This document shows, in pieces, positions 34,242 to 45,670 of a stretch of DNA of 64,000 nt. The DNA is from a virus (taxonomy: Duplodnaviria > Caudoviricetes), in IMG/VR virus record IMGVR_UViG_3300032038_009890, positions 64,001 through 128,000 of that record, one strand, 5' to 3'. The position numbers and the translations under genes were made by a program. Under the pieces are notes generated by a model. It searched no databases, was not told the origin of the DNA, and saw only the letters and a list, made by a program, of their open reading frames with translations. Position 1 is the first letter of the stretch, and each line of letters opens with the position of its first letter.

Positions 34242-35861
34242 TTATTCTATTCTTCCGTGTTTTATTCTCGCACAACACGTCTCTCTGAAAATGGCATGGT
34301 CTCCATCATATTTCAATAGATATGCTATACCATTATCAGAAGAGTTGCTCCCCGATCTTGTTTTCTCGCAAAAAAGAACCCTCCACGTTGCATTTGGATC
34401 TGGTTCAAAAGGTTTTTCATACCATTTAGCTATCATTTTTGGATTGCCATCATTATCTGTAATTACATTACCATTTTTGTCTTTTGCTTCTTCCTCAATC
34501 CTTGTTAATCTAAATGGTTTGCAAAAGTACTTACTTTTACTATCAAGCTCTTCGGGATATAATGTCCTCATAAGCCATAAGTTTTCTAATACTTCTTTAC
34601 ATTGCTTACTATTTGATAGACTATTAGCAGTTAAGAATAGCGTACCACGCAAATACTCTGCTAACTGAATCGAAGCAATTCCTATCATGTTATATTTCAT
34701 CGCAAGCTTATGTAATTCCCTACTATCATGAACCAAGGCAAGGTCAGTTCTATTGCTATTTACATCTTTTTCTTCTATCTTAAAAGTATCATAGATAAAA
34801 CAAGTATATCCATCTCTTAATGCCGCTTCACGAATCTTTTTCTTAACAATAGACATATCTGCATCATTAATAGATATCAGCCTAATCTTGCCTTTATAGG
34901 TTTTATCCCAATACTCCTGTACAACTTTAAGCTGTTCTCTATCTTCTTCAGATATATCGCCATTAGTAAGCTTTTTCTTAGATAATTTAAAATACCTATT
35001 ATGCTTTCCGAGAAGCCATACAAGAAACTTTATCTTATATTTCTTAATACTCTCCTCATTTGAGATTATTAAAACCTTCTGATCTCTACTAGCCAAAGCA
35101 AAAACTAACGTTATAAGCCAAGTGCTTTTGCCAGTAGAAGAGAACCCGCCGATCATGTTTAATGTTCCAGGCAATAGCCCACTGGTCTGATTAGACAGAA
35201 AAGGAAAACAGTTAATTTCTCCTCCATTAATATCTGTTCCCGCCGAGGAAAAAGGAATGCCCGTCTCCTCACCATCGGCACAGCTTTGAATAAACTCATC
35301 AGTAAATGTCACTACTTCGTCCTCAAGAATTTTAGTAGAATAACCATTACCATATGTGGTTAGGCGGCTCTCCCACCAGTCTAATACTTCTTCACTTGTA
35401 CATTTACGAAGAAACTTTAGCGGAACACGCTTTTTATTATCGATCATAATAGGATTCAGCAGATTAAACCCATCATCATAAAGATGCAGAAATGTGTTTT
35501 CTCTTTGAAGCACATCTAAATAGGTCTCAAAGTTTTGCATATTTACTGTATCTTTTAACTGCTGAATTGTCTCCCATCCGCCAAGTTCCTCATATCTGTC
35601 ATAGATATCTGCTTTTAAGCTTAGTATGTCCACCTCGGTAATCTCGTTAATGTGGTTCTCGTGCAATGTCTTTATAATCTGGAAATAATAATCCCCATCC
35701 TCTGTGATGAAATCACTCCTTTTGAGAGTGGTCTCATCCAGAAGCAGAGGGTCTTGAAGTAGGCACCCGATTATATTACCCTCAATCGGAAGCCTACCCT
35801 TTAGGAGTGGCGCAGGATATTTCTCCTTCACACCAGACAAAAATTCACTCATCCTCATCAT
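34242..35861 (-). CDS. dnaB: DnaB-like replicative helicase
   Basis: GGFSSTGKS Walker A, IISNEE, FIYDTFK, SIQL, EKTRSG. Confidence 0.85.
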   Translation of the reverse strand: MMRMSEFLSGVKEKYPAPLLKGRLPIEGNIIGCLLQDPLLLDETTLKRSDFITEDGDYYFQIIKTLHENHINEITEVDILSLKADIYDRYEELGGWETIQQLKDTVNMQNFETYLDVLQRENTFLHLYDDGFNLLNPIMIDNKKRVPLKFLRKCTSEEVLDWWESRLTTYGNGYSTKILEDEVVTFTDEFIQSCADGEETGIPFSSAGTDINGGEINCFPFLSNQTSGLLPGTLNMIGGFSSTGKSTWLITLVFALASRDQKVLIISNEESIKKYKIKFLVWLLGKHNRYFKLSKKKLTNGDISEEDREQLKVVQEYWDKTYKGKIRLISINDADMSIVKKKIREAALRDGYTCFIYDTFKIEEKDVNSNRTDLALVHDSRELHKLAMKYNMIGIASIQLAEYLRGTLFLTANSLSNSKQCKEVLENLWLMRTLYPEELDSKSKYFCKPFRLTRIEEEAKDKNGNVITDNDGNPKMIAKWYEKPFEPDPNATWRVLFCEKTRSGSNSSDNGIAYLLKYDGDHAIFRETCCARIKHGRIE

Positions 35862-36369
35862 CCTCCTCTATATCTTTCATCGCTCGTCTTTTATGTGACA
35901 CATATTTAATCGACGGAGCCATATAAAAGTCTTCGGCAAGAATTGTCTGAGGATTTTGGTTAACAACTGGATGCTCTGTTAGATAGTCTTGAATATTATT
36001 ATTAACTATCGCCATAAAGTACAATATACTTTTATACTCATCGGCAATAGCTTTCTTCCGTAGTATTTTTGCTATATTATCTATGTTATTATCAAAGTAC
36101 CATAATATTTCTTCTCTACTATATGATTCACGCAGAGTTTTAATCTTTGAATCAATCAATCTCCAACTGCTGTTCAGGGTGATATCAATACTTAGATCAA
36201 TAGAGAAATGCAAATCTTCTTTGAATTGTTTCTCTTTTTCTTGCTCTGCTATATAGTCAAGATATTCTTGCTTATTGCAATACCATAGATTCCTAGACCC
36301 TTTGCTTATTTTAAACCCAGTCTTTGTATTTACATCTTTTCTACATATTTGACATTTAGCCCTTCCCAT
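35845..36369 (-). CDS. Hypothetical replication-module protein
   Basis: N-terminal CQIC; overlaps the helicase start. Confidence 0.7.
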   Translation of the reverse strand: MGRAKCQICRKDVNTKTGFKISKGSRNLWYCNKQEYLDYIAEQEKEKQFKEDLHFSIDLSIDITLNSSWRLIDSKIKTLRESYSREEILWYFDNNIDNIAKILRKKAIADEYKSILYFMAIVNNNIQDYLTEHPVVNQNPQTILAEDFYMAPSIKYVSHKRRAMKDIEEDDEDE

Positions 36370-36387
36370 TATATGGCCCCGTCTAAA

Positions 36388-37515
36388 TTAATCTTCACAC
36401 ATCGATAGAATCTCTTCAAGGCCATCCTTGTCTACATCGGCAAGCTTGCCATATGTACCAATAAACTTCCTCACAAGGACTTTCTTTTCTGTCGAGATCG
36501 TCTTTAAAACTTCTCGTACTTTGGCGCGAAGATCATCAACTGAGACTTCTTCCTCAAAATTTTCGCCAGATTCAGCCGCAATCATCTCTTCTTGATCTTC
36601 AATCATCTCCTCAATTTCTTCTTCTGTCGGGGTAGGTTCTTCGATTTTTTTCTTAACGACTGGCTTTTTGCCGAGGTTAAGCTTCGACTTTTCCATACCA
36701 TTTTCTACAATTTCGATAAATTCCTTTGCCATATTAGGCTTATCAAAAATCATATACTCAGGCACAGCACCAAAAGCAAAACGCCCGCCCGCATCAATTA
36801 GCGGAGTCTCGCGGAAATACAGCTTGCGCACTGTCTCAGTAGCTCTGCGCTTTTTCTTGTCGCCGTCCTCGATCTCTTCGATATTCCTATCAATTACACC
36901 TGTTAAAGTAACATCAAAGATGTCTCCAAAGGCTGACTCATAATCGGCGCTTAGATTAGAGGATAACTGCATATATCCGTCCTCATCTAAGCCGCCCTTT
37001 TCCTTAATCGTTTTAAATTTTGTATGTGCAATTGCCCAAAGACCAAATCCTGCCTCCTGAAGATCATTCATATACGGTTTAATTAGATTGTTCGCCGAAT
37101 ACTTTTCTCCTGCCGTATATCCCCCGAAGGCGGCTTTAATAGACTTAACCTGCTTCTTAGGATTCTCGATATTGCTTAGACGAATTGTCTCCGTATCTGC
37201 CAAAAGAGCAAATTCGTCAACAGTATCAAAAGCAATAATCTCAATCTCATGCTCCTTACCCTTCTCCTCGATCAGCCACTTTTTAAGCTCTTTAAGGTCC
37301 TTCCAACTCGTTGCATGCACACAGTTAATATTATCAAGAAACTTATATCCCACTTCGTGCCCACAGGCGACTAAGAGTCCTTTTGCGGGGTCTCCATATT
37401 TCTCTAAAATTACATCTCTAAAAAGCGTACTCTTTCCAAACTTTTTCGTAGATCGTAAATAGATTGAAACGTTCTTAATATCAGGTTTAATTACGTTAAT
37501 TTGTGGTTTCTTCAT
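36388..37515 (-). CDS. AAA_24/Sak4-like ATPase
   Basis: KKFGKST P-loop, IAFDTVD, FGGYTAG, IAH. Confidence 0.75.
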   Translation of the reverse strand: MKKPQINVIKPDIKNVSIYLRSTKKFGKSTLFRDVILEKYGDPAKGLLVACGHEVGYKFLDNINCVHATSWKDLKELKKWLIEEKGKEHEIEIIAFDTVDEFALLADTETIRLSNIENPKKQVKSIKAAFGGYTAGEKYSANNLIKPYMNDLQEAGFGLWAIAHTKFKTIKEKGGLDEDGYMQLSSNLSADYESAFGDIFDVTLTGVIDRNIEEIEDGDKKKRRATETVRKLYFRETPLIDAGGRFAFGAVPEYMIFDKPNMAKEFIEIVENGMEKSKLNLGKKPVVKKKIEEPTPTEEEIEEMIEDQEEMIAAESGENFEEEVSVDDLRAKVREVLKTISTEKKVLVRKFIGTYGKLADVDKDGLEEILSMCED

Positions 37516-37613
37516 TCTTTTATTATACCTTTCGTCATTTAGTCATAGTAATCGTTGTCCTCGGCAGTCACTGCCGATATGCTTTACGGATTAATTACTA
37601 TGTTGTAGTTTAA

Positions 37614-38882
37614 TTACCAGTCAAGATCGTCGTCGTTCCCACTCTCGCTCTCTTCGTCAGGTTCCTTATCTAGAGGCGGGATAAACAAATCTTCGGGCTT
37701 GTATGAAGTCTTCTTGCGTCCCTTGGTATAACTTGCCTTATCAGAGTTAGAAGTCAGCACACCCTTATAGACATTCTCTGTTACGCGCTCACCATAGATG
37801 CTTCCACCCATGTCAGCAATAATCTCATCCATAGAGATAATACCAAGCTCTAGGTCCTCGCGCACATCTTCATCTAGGTCTTCAATTTTTACTTCGCGCT
37901 TCTGTGAGCCATTAAGAATATCAAAGCGCACACCATATTCGTATACTTCATCCTCATCTTCTACGGTAAACTTCTTAACAAGGGCCTTTGCACGTTTCTC
38001 GTCGTTCTCATCGCTCTCGCCAGTCTTCGCATCCGGGATACCCTTGGGAATACTAAGCTTAAACTCACACGGAATATTCGTACTCTTTCCATAAGCCTTA
38101 GACCGAGCGGAGTCATACTCGAAAGTATACGCCTTGACAAAGTACTTCTCTTTCTCTTCTAACGACTCGCTATCCACAGCCCCGGCACTATAAAATAGCA
38201 CGGCGCTACCTACACACTGCTCTTCCGTCCCCGGCTTTGCCACATAAATCCTCTGCGGCCGCATATTGGTATACCACTGTTCCTTCTCATCACTATACTG
38301 ACACTCAATAGTCCCACGTACAGTAAAGATAGTATCCTTAAATTTCCCAGAGTTAAGCATCTTATTTACACACTCGGCAAAATCCCACTCTGAGATAAAA
38401 GTCTTATGTAGCTTCTCGGCCTTTTGAATAACCTCCTCAAGCTGAGATTCCTCTGCAATTCCAACAGATTTAAGCTCTTCATCGGTGAGGCTCTCACCCT
38501 CATGTACCCTTTGGCCAAATCGAGACAATCTAGTCCTCAGACCATACTCATTAAGATCAATAGAAAGTCTCCTAAACTCAGCGACCTTTTCTATGTTAGA
38601 CTCCAGATTTCTGTCTTTCCAAGGAATTTCAATCATCTCACCCTTATTGAGAGTACCATCATCGTTCTTCGTTGCTACGCCGAGTACCTTAATACAAGGT
38701 TTACTAATGTTTGGGAAATATCCTCCAGAAATGTTAAAGCGATGCCTGTTAGACCCATTAATACCAAAGAAAAGTAATTGTCTCCTAGTCCATCCAGAAT
38801 CATATGTATGTTCGTCATACGGTACAACATTTTCACTCTTTTGCATAGGTGCAAGTTTTCCTGTAAAAGTAAAATTAATCAT
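37614..38882 (-). CDS. Putative single-stranded DNA-binding protein
   Basis: FTFTGKL N-terminus, acidic tail ending DDDLDW, position in the replication module. Confidence 0.6.
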   Translation of the reverse strand: MINFTFTGKLAPMQKSENVVPYDEHTYDSGWTRRQLLFFGINGSNRHRFNISGGYFPNISKPCIKVLGVATKNDDGTLNKGEMIEIPWKDRNLESNIEKVAEFRRLSIDLNEYGLRTRLSRFGQRVHEGESLTDEELKSVGIAEESQLEEVIQKAEKLHKTFISEWDFAECVNKMLNSGKFKDTIFTVRGTIECQYSDEKEQWYTNMRPQRIYVAKPGTEEQCVGSAVLFYSAGAVDSESLEEKEKYFVKAYTFEYDSARSKAYGKSTNIPCEFKLSIPKGIPDAKTGESDENDEKRAKALVKKFTVEDEDEVYEYGVRFDILNGSQKREVKIEDLDEDVREDLELGIISMDEIIADMGGSIYGERVTENVYKGVLTSNSDKASYTKGRKKTSYKPEDLFIPPLDKEPDEESESGNDDDLDW

Positions 38883-39532
38883 TTATATCTATAATACCTT
38901 TCATCATTATTCACATCAAGATTGTTATCTTCTTCGTATTTAATAATATTGATCTGTCCGCAAAACGGACAATTTCCTAACTTTGCTGTATATCCTAATC
39001 CACTATAATCTATTTTTAACTCGTCTATTTGATAATCATGTATCTTCCCGCATTGGCAACATTTCTTTTTCAATTACCAATCCTCCCATCCTATAGGAAG
39101 GACTAAACCTCTTTGTATTCGTCTCCATCATCTTATTCTTTGTTTCCTCCCTTATTTTTCTTCTTGCTCATAGCTTCCTTTTTCTCCTCAAGCAACACCC
39201 TGTCAAGCTGATTCTGAATCCTAGCAGAAAAACTCTTGGTCATTGAATACTCATCCATATGCTCCTGCTTTGGAGTCCATGCGAAGTCCTTTAGGCTCGG
39301 TTCACGATTATCCCCCCGGAATTCCGGGCCTTTCGGAACATAGTCCTTCTTTACTTCCCCTTTTGCTTCCCTGCGCTCAGCAAACTTCAGCATCCTACGC
39401 TCATTACGCTCGGCGCGAATCTTCTTATTCTTTTCACGCCTTCCTTCTTGTTTATACCTCAAACACAGTTCATAGTGACGCTTATTAGGTTTAGACATCT
39501 TAATCATCTCCTTATCAAATTCTCACATTAAT

Positions 39533-39561
39533 ATTATACTACTTCAACCTGTTTTTGTCAA
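39533..39561 (-). promoter_or_regulatory. SigmaA consensus promoter at the head of the replication module
   Basis: TTGACA-17 nt-TATAAT. Confidence 0.85.
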
Positions 39562-40135
39562 TTACTATTCAATTTCCATTCAATAACCACTCGGTAACAC
39601 CATGTAATGCATTGCGTAATTTTTCAGCGTCTTCATCGCTTATAATAAAATCTTTATCTGTAACTCTATTATCTTCTGTTTTCAGCTTTTCTGGCTTTAA
39701 TCCCTTAATACCATTATAGATATTAGTATATAATGTACTCGCCGAGCATTCTCCGTGATACTTGGCCCATTCATATTCAAGCAGTTCCAGTACATGTTTT
39801 TTACTAATTAATTCCATACATCACCTAGTATAATCCATTGAATCATCGTATTTCATAGTATAGCCCGGACTTTCCAGTGATTCGTCATCCCAGTAAAACA
39901 TATAGGTTATGCCACTGTACTCACAATGATCAGTACTTGTAATACGATATCCAAGCCCTACAAAGCCGTTTATAGTTTCATCATCGAAATAATGCTCCAC
40001 ATCCAATTCACAATAATAATCCCCATTATCTACAGCGTATTCAACTTCATCCATTATCTGCTTCGTTTCACACTCTATAATAGGGTCATGCTTCTCATGA
40101 TACCTACGATTAGCTTCTCTCGCAGTTAGCATACA

Positions 40136-41299
40136 TCACTTCTCCTTTTCAGCTAAATGCACAGAACCCCTGTTTGGCCCTCCAGACATATAAATACGAT
40201 CAAAATCATATAGCTTTTCAAGCTTAATTTGATTCTCATTTGTATGCGTAATCGCAATGGACATAGTCCAGTCCTTTTCTGCATATTGCTCGAAATCTTT
40301 TACACATCTAGCTACAAGATCATTAACGTCCAGATAACCAAATCTAAGTCCGCCCTGATATTCATGAAACTTATTCGTCTTGTCCTCATAAAATAATGTT
40401 TTAGATTCTGTATCAAAACGCCCTGCTCCGTGCCGCGTCAAATAAGTACGGCTAACATAACAAACTTCCACAGTCTTTTCGCCGGGAATCCCCGCAATCA
40501 TTGCCGCCGGGTTTTGCAGTCCTGTATTGCTCGGAGTAGTGTTCTTGCCATAGCCAATAATGTTTTGATCAAGAAGTAAGCCCTGTCCATTTTCAAAAAT
40601 AATACAGTCGCGCTCTGGAATGACATTGCATAATTTTGTATCATAAATCATCAGGCCAAGATCATTCACATAATTCCCCAATAGATTATCATTGTATACA
40701 ATGTTTTCCCAAATACCTTTCAGTGAGATGCCCTTATCAGAAATTCTTTTTAGGAAATACTCATCTCTCACAAATCTTAGATAATCAAATACTTTACTAT
40801 GATTTTTATCTGCAAAGTACATCTGACTTATCTCACCAAAGGTGATACCCTTGCGCAAGATTGTCTCCCAAATACCTACCCCACAACTCCCGTGGCGCTG
40901 ATCACCACGAGAGTCTTCAATAATCTGGTTTGCGATCATATCAAATGGGGTAGTGATTAAACAATCAGGATGCACAAGTACAGTACCATGATGGACCAAA
41001 TCTCTATACTCCAAAGCATAATTCATTGGATTAACAATATACTGCTTTGGCAAGTAAGTATCCGCCCCCGCTAGTGCGCCAGAACCAAAGTGCTGAAACA
41101 CATGGCGAAAACCATTATCAAGTTGGACAGTATGACCGCGCTGACTCCCGCCATTGGAAAGTACAACAATACAGCTTTTCTTTTCCTGTTTGGCGAGACT
41201 GGCAAAATAATCAGTGATCTCACCCTTCCCCTCATCGCCGAGAGACCCACCTATAACAACTTTAATATCAGTCATACTGTCCTCCTTATTATTTACCAA
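40136..41299 (-). CDS. purA: Adenylosuccinate synthetase-like protein (divergent PurA)
   Basis: GDEGKG, NGGSQRGHTV, HGSCGVG, ENGQGLLLD, YLTRHGAG, QGGLRFG. Confidence 0.8.
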   Translation of the reverse strand: MVNNKEDSMTDIKVVIGGSLGDEGKGEITDYFASLAKQEKKSCIVVLSNGGSQRGHTVQLDNGFRHVFQHFGSGALAGADTYLPKQYIVNPMNYALEYRDLVHHGTVLVHPDCLITTPFDMIANQIIEDSRGDQRHGSCGVGIWETILRKGITFGEISQMYFADKNHSKVFDYLRFVRDEYFLKRISDKGISLKGIWENIVYNDNLLGNYVNDLGLMIYDTKLCNVIPERDCIIFENGQGLLLDQNIIGYGKNTTPSNTGLQNPAAMIAGIPGEKTVEVCYVSRTYLTRHGAGRFDTESKTLFYEDKTNKFHEYQGGLRFGYLDVNDLVARCVKDFEQYAEKDWTMSIAITHTNENQIKLEKLYDFDRIYMSGGPNRGSVHLAEKEK

Positions 41300-42177
41300 G
41301 TAATGCCATCACTGCTCTGCTTCGGCTGTACATAAGGAATTACATTCACATCAGTGACCGCATTAGTTACAATATCAATAATCACATCAGAAATGTTATC
41401 CAAATTGGCTTCTTTATAGTTTTCGCCCAAGCAAGAAAACGACTTCTTAATGTTTTCCTTGTCAAATTCATGCACTCCATGATTGACCTGAACATGATAG
41501 ATATCATACTTCGGAATCGTTTCCTTAAGCAGTTTACTTGTCTCAACATCCGCCTCAAGGGCATCTCCAGTAAAATGTCTAAGCTCATCCTTGGGAAGAT
41601 ACGGATTAAGCCTCTCATCACCAATAGTAATAATAATGCCCCTCTTCCCTCGATTCCAACAGTCCAACATGCAATGCCTTGTACCCATATACCATGCGGC
41701 CGTGTATGACTCAAAATAATTCCCGCCGCCTCCAAATTCGAACCAGAGTTTATCTAGCTGTTCTGCAATACGAATGTCTGACTCAAACTGGCTAATCTGG
41801 ATAGGCCCTCTGTCATAAGCAAGATCACCGATACCCATTATACAGAATTCGACATCCTTAATCTTTTCATACAGCGTTGTGATAATAGGATTCAATTTCT
41901 TTGCAATTTCTACGGCACATTGACCTAACGATCCTGTCACATCAAGTGCAAGAATTATAGGTACTGTAAAGGGATGCTCATCACTATCCAGACACTCTCT
42001 CATAACATTCATCGGGTCTAGTTCCTTCTGAATCTTACGGGATACAAACATATCTTGATTGCTAAAGTTTGAGGTAATCGAGCCATCGACACTATAACTT
42101 ACATTTAAACCGCGACTGGTAAATTTGCTAGTAGTATAATCACTAAACGATTTCTTTGTCCATGCTCCGCTACCCAT
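41293..42177 (-). CDS. vWA-domain protein
   Basis: LALDVTGS MIDAS, GGGGNYFESY, ITIGDE. Confidence 0.85.
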   Translation of the reverse strand: MGSGAWTKKSFSDYTTSKFTSRGLNVSYSVDGSITSNFSNQDMFVSRKIQKELDPMNVMRECLDSDEHPFTVPIILALDVTGSLGQCAVEIAKKLNPIITTLYEKIKDVEFCIMGIGDLAYDRGPIQISQFESDIRIAEQLDKLWFEFGGGGNYFESYTAAWYMGTRHCMLDCWNRGKRGIIITIGDERLNPYLPKDELRHFTGDALEADVETSKLLKETIPKYDIYHVQVNHGVHEFDKENIKKSFSCLGENYKEANLDNISDVIIDIVTNAVTDVNVIPYVQPKQSSDGITW

Positions 42178-42821
42178 TACTTATCAGTCTCCTCTTCTAC
42201 GATTTCTTCCTCTTCAAGTTCCCCGTCATCAAAGTCAAAATCAAACATGCCGTCAAACATGTTGTCAAATCCGCCACCACTCATCATCATGAGAGGAAGC
42301 ATATTACTCATATTTCCCATAACACCACCAGAGTTATTGGTATTACCGTTATTACCTTTCATCATCTCAGACATCATCATGTACTTAAAGATGTTGTTCA
42401 TACCGCCCTTCTTAGATTTGAAGTTATTCCCAAAGGCGCTGAAAATCTTGCCATAGAGATACTGATTTCCCATAAACATGTGTCGCTCCGGCAGAATAGT
42501 GTCTACAGTACTGTCTTCATAGTTAATCACAGTGATCTTACCATCAGCATAGTCAATCACACACTTCGGCTTTCCTGCAACAAGAATAATATCGCCCTTT
42601 GCTACCTTATTAGTAGGAATTACAAAGAAGAAATCCTCACCAATATCAAAAACAAAATTATCACAGTTAGTAAGCCGCCCTGTTTTCATATTGTACGTCT
42701 TATAACCATTATTCGTCTTGACAGCAATCTCACCATTCACAGATAACCTGCACATTCCGGGGCCAACCTTACCAAACATTCCATTTAAAGCACTACTAAA
42801 CATATTTTTCTCCTTATTCAT
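42177..42821 (-). CDS. Hypothetical protein with Met/Gly/Asn-rich C-terminus
   Basis: Start/stop overlap with the vWA gene. Confidence 0.75.
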   Translation of the reverse strand: MNKEKNMFSSALNGMFGKVGPGMCRLSVNGEIAVKTNNGYKTYNMKTGRLTNCDNFVFDIGEDFFFVIPTNKVAKGDIILVAGKPKCVIDYADGKITVINYEDSTVDTILPERHMFMGNQYLYGKIFSAFGNNFKSKKGGMNNIFKYMMMSEMMKGNNGNTNNSGGVMGNMSNMLPLMMMSGGGFDNMFDGMFDFDFDDGELEEEEIVEEETDK

Positions 42822-43691
42822 ATTTTATTTTAACAGGAGTATCTTTACTCCAGTCAATTGTCACTTTCTTAATTCCATCAAAATTTGTAATTGCTTCGCC
42901 ATTATAGCATATATATTTCCAATCACGGTATGTTTTCAACACAAATAGTTCAATATGATCGGTGTTAAATATGCTATTTGCGAGGGCCTGATTTGCCGCA
43001 ATCAAAGACTCAATCTCATATTCTTTATCTTCGATTTCTTTTTTAAGCTGTTTATTCTCTTCTAAGTAATCTTCGATAATAATCTTGATAAAGTCAGTAA
43101 GTCTTTTATTAAATGCGAGGTCAGCTTCTGCTTTCTGCGATATCTTATTAATAATCTTATCAGAACTATCAATACTATTATTAAGATTCTTTAGCAAAAT
43201 CTCATGCTCGTATTCAAACAGTTTTTCACTTATTTCTGCAACAGCTTCATCAATATACGTATATACAGTATCCCTGTTATATTCTAATGTATCTACTATG
43301 TCCTGAAGATCATCAGTAATTTGCTCTGAAAACTCATTTTGTTTTTCTGTTAGCTCAGATATCTTTTCATTCGTATCCTCCGCTAAGTTTGTCAGATTAT
43401 TTATTTCCTTTTTGTAAAACATCACACACCCATTATTATATTAATAATGCAATTTGATGCAATGAATGCATTTACAAGTACACTGATTATCAAAATGTAA
43501 AATATTACACTAGATGCAATATTACTATTTCTTGTTTCCGTTATTCTCGCAAATACAATCAACGCAACAGTATTAAACACGAACCATGCAATTATACTAA
43601 ATATATTCATTGCATTACCTCCGCCTGCCTAGCGAGTAGCCGATGATAACGGCACCGATAATTAATGCAATCATAGTGCCGATATTTATCA

Positions 43692-44441
43692 TTACCATTT
43701 AATACCCCTCTGGCGCTTAGCCTTCTCCAGAATCTCGTTTGCTTCCATATCTCTCGCAGACTGCTCAAGTGCCCTATCCCGCGCCACCTCACTTGTTTCA
43801 TAAGATATCTGTGCCCCCGTGGCGCGTTCTCTGGTCTTCCTAGCCCCCTCTCTAACCTTTTCGAGCATCTTGTCGCTCTCATTTGAGGAGGCATAGGTAT
43901 TAAGTCCCTCATGCAGATTAATAACCTGCTGATCTGCTTCGATCTGGAATACTGTGCGCTCTCTTTCTTCCTTTAGAGCAATAAGGTCAGACTCAATCGT
44001 TTTGCGAGTAATCTCTTGTCGATCACGAGATTTTGTATATTCTTCAATCACACTTTTGAGAGTATCTAGCTTTTGATTAACAGTAGCGAGCTTAAGTGCC
44101 CAAGCTTTTGCGCCATCCTCGTCATTATTATCCAAGCAAGCATTTATGTGATTCTGAATACCAATCGCACTTTTTCGCAGATCATGCTCTTCTTTTTCGC
44201 GCTCTTTAAGTTTTCCTGCAATCTCAGCAAAAGACTTATCAGCTTCAGAAAATAACGCCTCTTTCTCACGGATTGCATTGTTAAAATAATCCCGCGCTCC
44301 TTCAGGAGACATTGCGTCGCGGTTAGCAAGTTCCTCGGTCCTTCCACGGAATTTTACAATTAACTGCTTAACGGCATTACCATTAATGATAATAACAATA
44401 ATACCAACTACTACAAATATAAGTAAGATACTTTTAATCAA
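43692..44441 (-). CDS. PspA/IM30-like coiled-coil protein with N-terminal membrane anchor
   Basis: Hydrophobic N-terminus followed by a long coiled coil with PspA-like spacing. Confidence 0.65.
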   Translation of the reverse strand: MIKSILLIFVVVGIIVIIINGNAVKQLIVKFRGRTEELANRDAMSPEGARDYFNNAIREKEALFSEADKSFAEIAGKLKEREKEEHDLRKSAIGIQNHINACLDNNDEDGAKAWALKLATVNQKLDTLKSVIEEYTKSRDRQEITRKTIESDLIALKEERERTVFQIEADQQVINLHEGLNTYASSNESDKMLEKVREGARKTRERATGAQISYETSEVARDRALEQSARDMEANEILEKAKRQRGIKW

Positions 44442-45020
44442 TTAACTCACCTCTATTCCATACTCTTCACACAACTTAGCAAGACCACCTTCATATCCTT
44501 CACCGATTGCATGAAATTTCCATTCGCTTTTATCACGATACAATTCTGCAACCTTAATTGCAGATGCATTACCAAACTTTTCCTTGAGATTATAGCGAAG
44601 AATCTCTTCTCCCCGGAAGTTATCTACAACACGAATATGTGCGCTATCGATAATTCCAAAATTCTGCATCCTGCGCTCGGCCTCATAAATAGAGACAACA
44701 ATCACAATTCTTTCGGCATAAGTAGGTAATTCGTTAAACTTAACAATAATTACCTCATCATCAACATTTCCGCTCGACCCAGTAGTATTATCTCCGCTGT
44801 GAACAATACTACCATTATGAGACTTTTTGTTCCCATAAAACACAAAGTCATCTTCATAGCGAGTAAGACCATTCTTTTGCAGAATATAACAGGACGCGTC
44901 AAGATCATATTCATCTTCGGAATATTTTGATGATGACCACCCAAGGCCAATGGAAATATCATTAACTACAACATCCTTAGATAACGATACCACATCATTC
45001 TTATTTAACGAAACAGACAT
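44442..45020 (-). CDS. terD: TerD-family protein
   Basis: GLGW, YDLDAS, HSGDNTTG...DDE, QNFG, WKFHAIGEG. Confidence 0.92.
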   Translation of the reverse strand: MSVSLNKNDVVSLSKDVVVNDISIGLGWSSSKYSEDEYDLDASCYILQKNGLTRYEDDFVFYGNKKSHNGSIVHSGDNTTGSSGNVDDEVIIVKFNELPTYAERIVIVVSIYEAERRMQNFGIIDSAHIRVVDNFRGEEILRYNLKEKFGNASAIKVAELYRDKSEWKFHAIGEGYEGGLAKLCEEYGIEVS

Positions 45021-45658
45021 TACATAAACTCCTTTGCCAAATCTTGAATGCTGTGCGTCTTTCTTCCTTCTCCAGATGCCTCAAAATGCCATCCATCATC
45101 TTTGCGCACAAATTGGCCTACAATTACAGCAGTATATCCTCCAAAATCATTGGAAAGATCATAGCGGCAGATTTCTTTTCGCGTTCCATTATCAACAACT
45201 CTGCCGAAACAATTTTTAATCTTTCCAAAATCCTGATGCTTACTGTAGGCCGAGTAGATATTGATACCCACTACAAGTCCCTTCACATTTTCGGGCATCT
45301 TAGCAAGATCAATAGAAATCTGCTCACAATCTCCCTGTGCGCCGCCAACAAGATCATCTCCATGATGGATAATGCATTTACTAGAATGACGGAGATGCCC
45401 ATAATATACAATATCATCACTTGCATTCTTGATACACAGGTGAGTCTTAAGAGGATTATCTCCACCAAATAGCTTTGTAAACAATCCAGTTTTTTGTTGA
45501 AGAACACTACCCTCACTTAACACATACACAAAAGAATCACAGTCAATCGTAAGGCCAGAGGTGGATGCGCTCCACCCCAGACCTACAGTAACCTGTTGTA
45601 ATTCCTTAACTTCTTTCGAAAGGTTAATTCCTTCGCCCTTTTTTAAACTAATTGCCAT
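45020..45658 (-). CDS. terD: TerD/TerZ-family protein
   Basis: ISLKKG, VGLGW, HHGDDLVG, QDFG, WHFEASGEG. Confidence 0.88.
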   Translation of the reverse strand: MAISLKKGEGINLSKEVKELQQVTVGLGWSASTSGLTIDCDSFVYVLSEGSVLQQKTGLFTKLFGGDNPLKTHLCIKNASDDIVYYGHLRHSSKCIIHHGDDLVGGAQGDCEQISIDLAKMPENVKGLVVGINIYSAYSKHQDFGKIKNCFGRVVDNGTRKEICRYDLSNDFGGYTAVIVGQFVRKDDGWHFEASGEGRKTHSIQDLAKEFM

Positions 45659-45670
45659 CTTATCCTCCTA

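Noticed and set aside
40136-41299. PurZ (Z-genome pathway)
   Set aside because: Retains the PurA-type Asp in GDEGKG rather than the PurZ Ser; no recognisable partner genes nearby
43607-43912. 101-aa ORF
   Set aside because: Mostly overlaps the PspA-like gene in another frame; at most the short 3' part is coding
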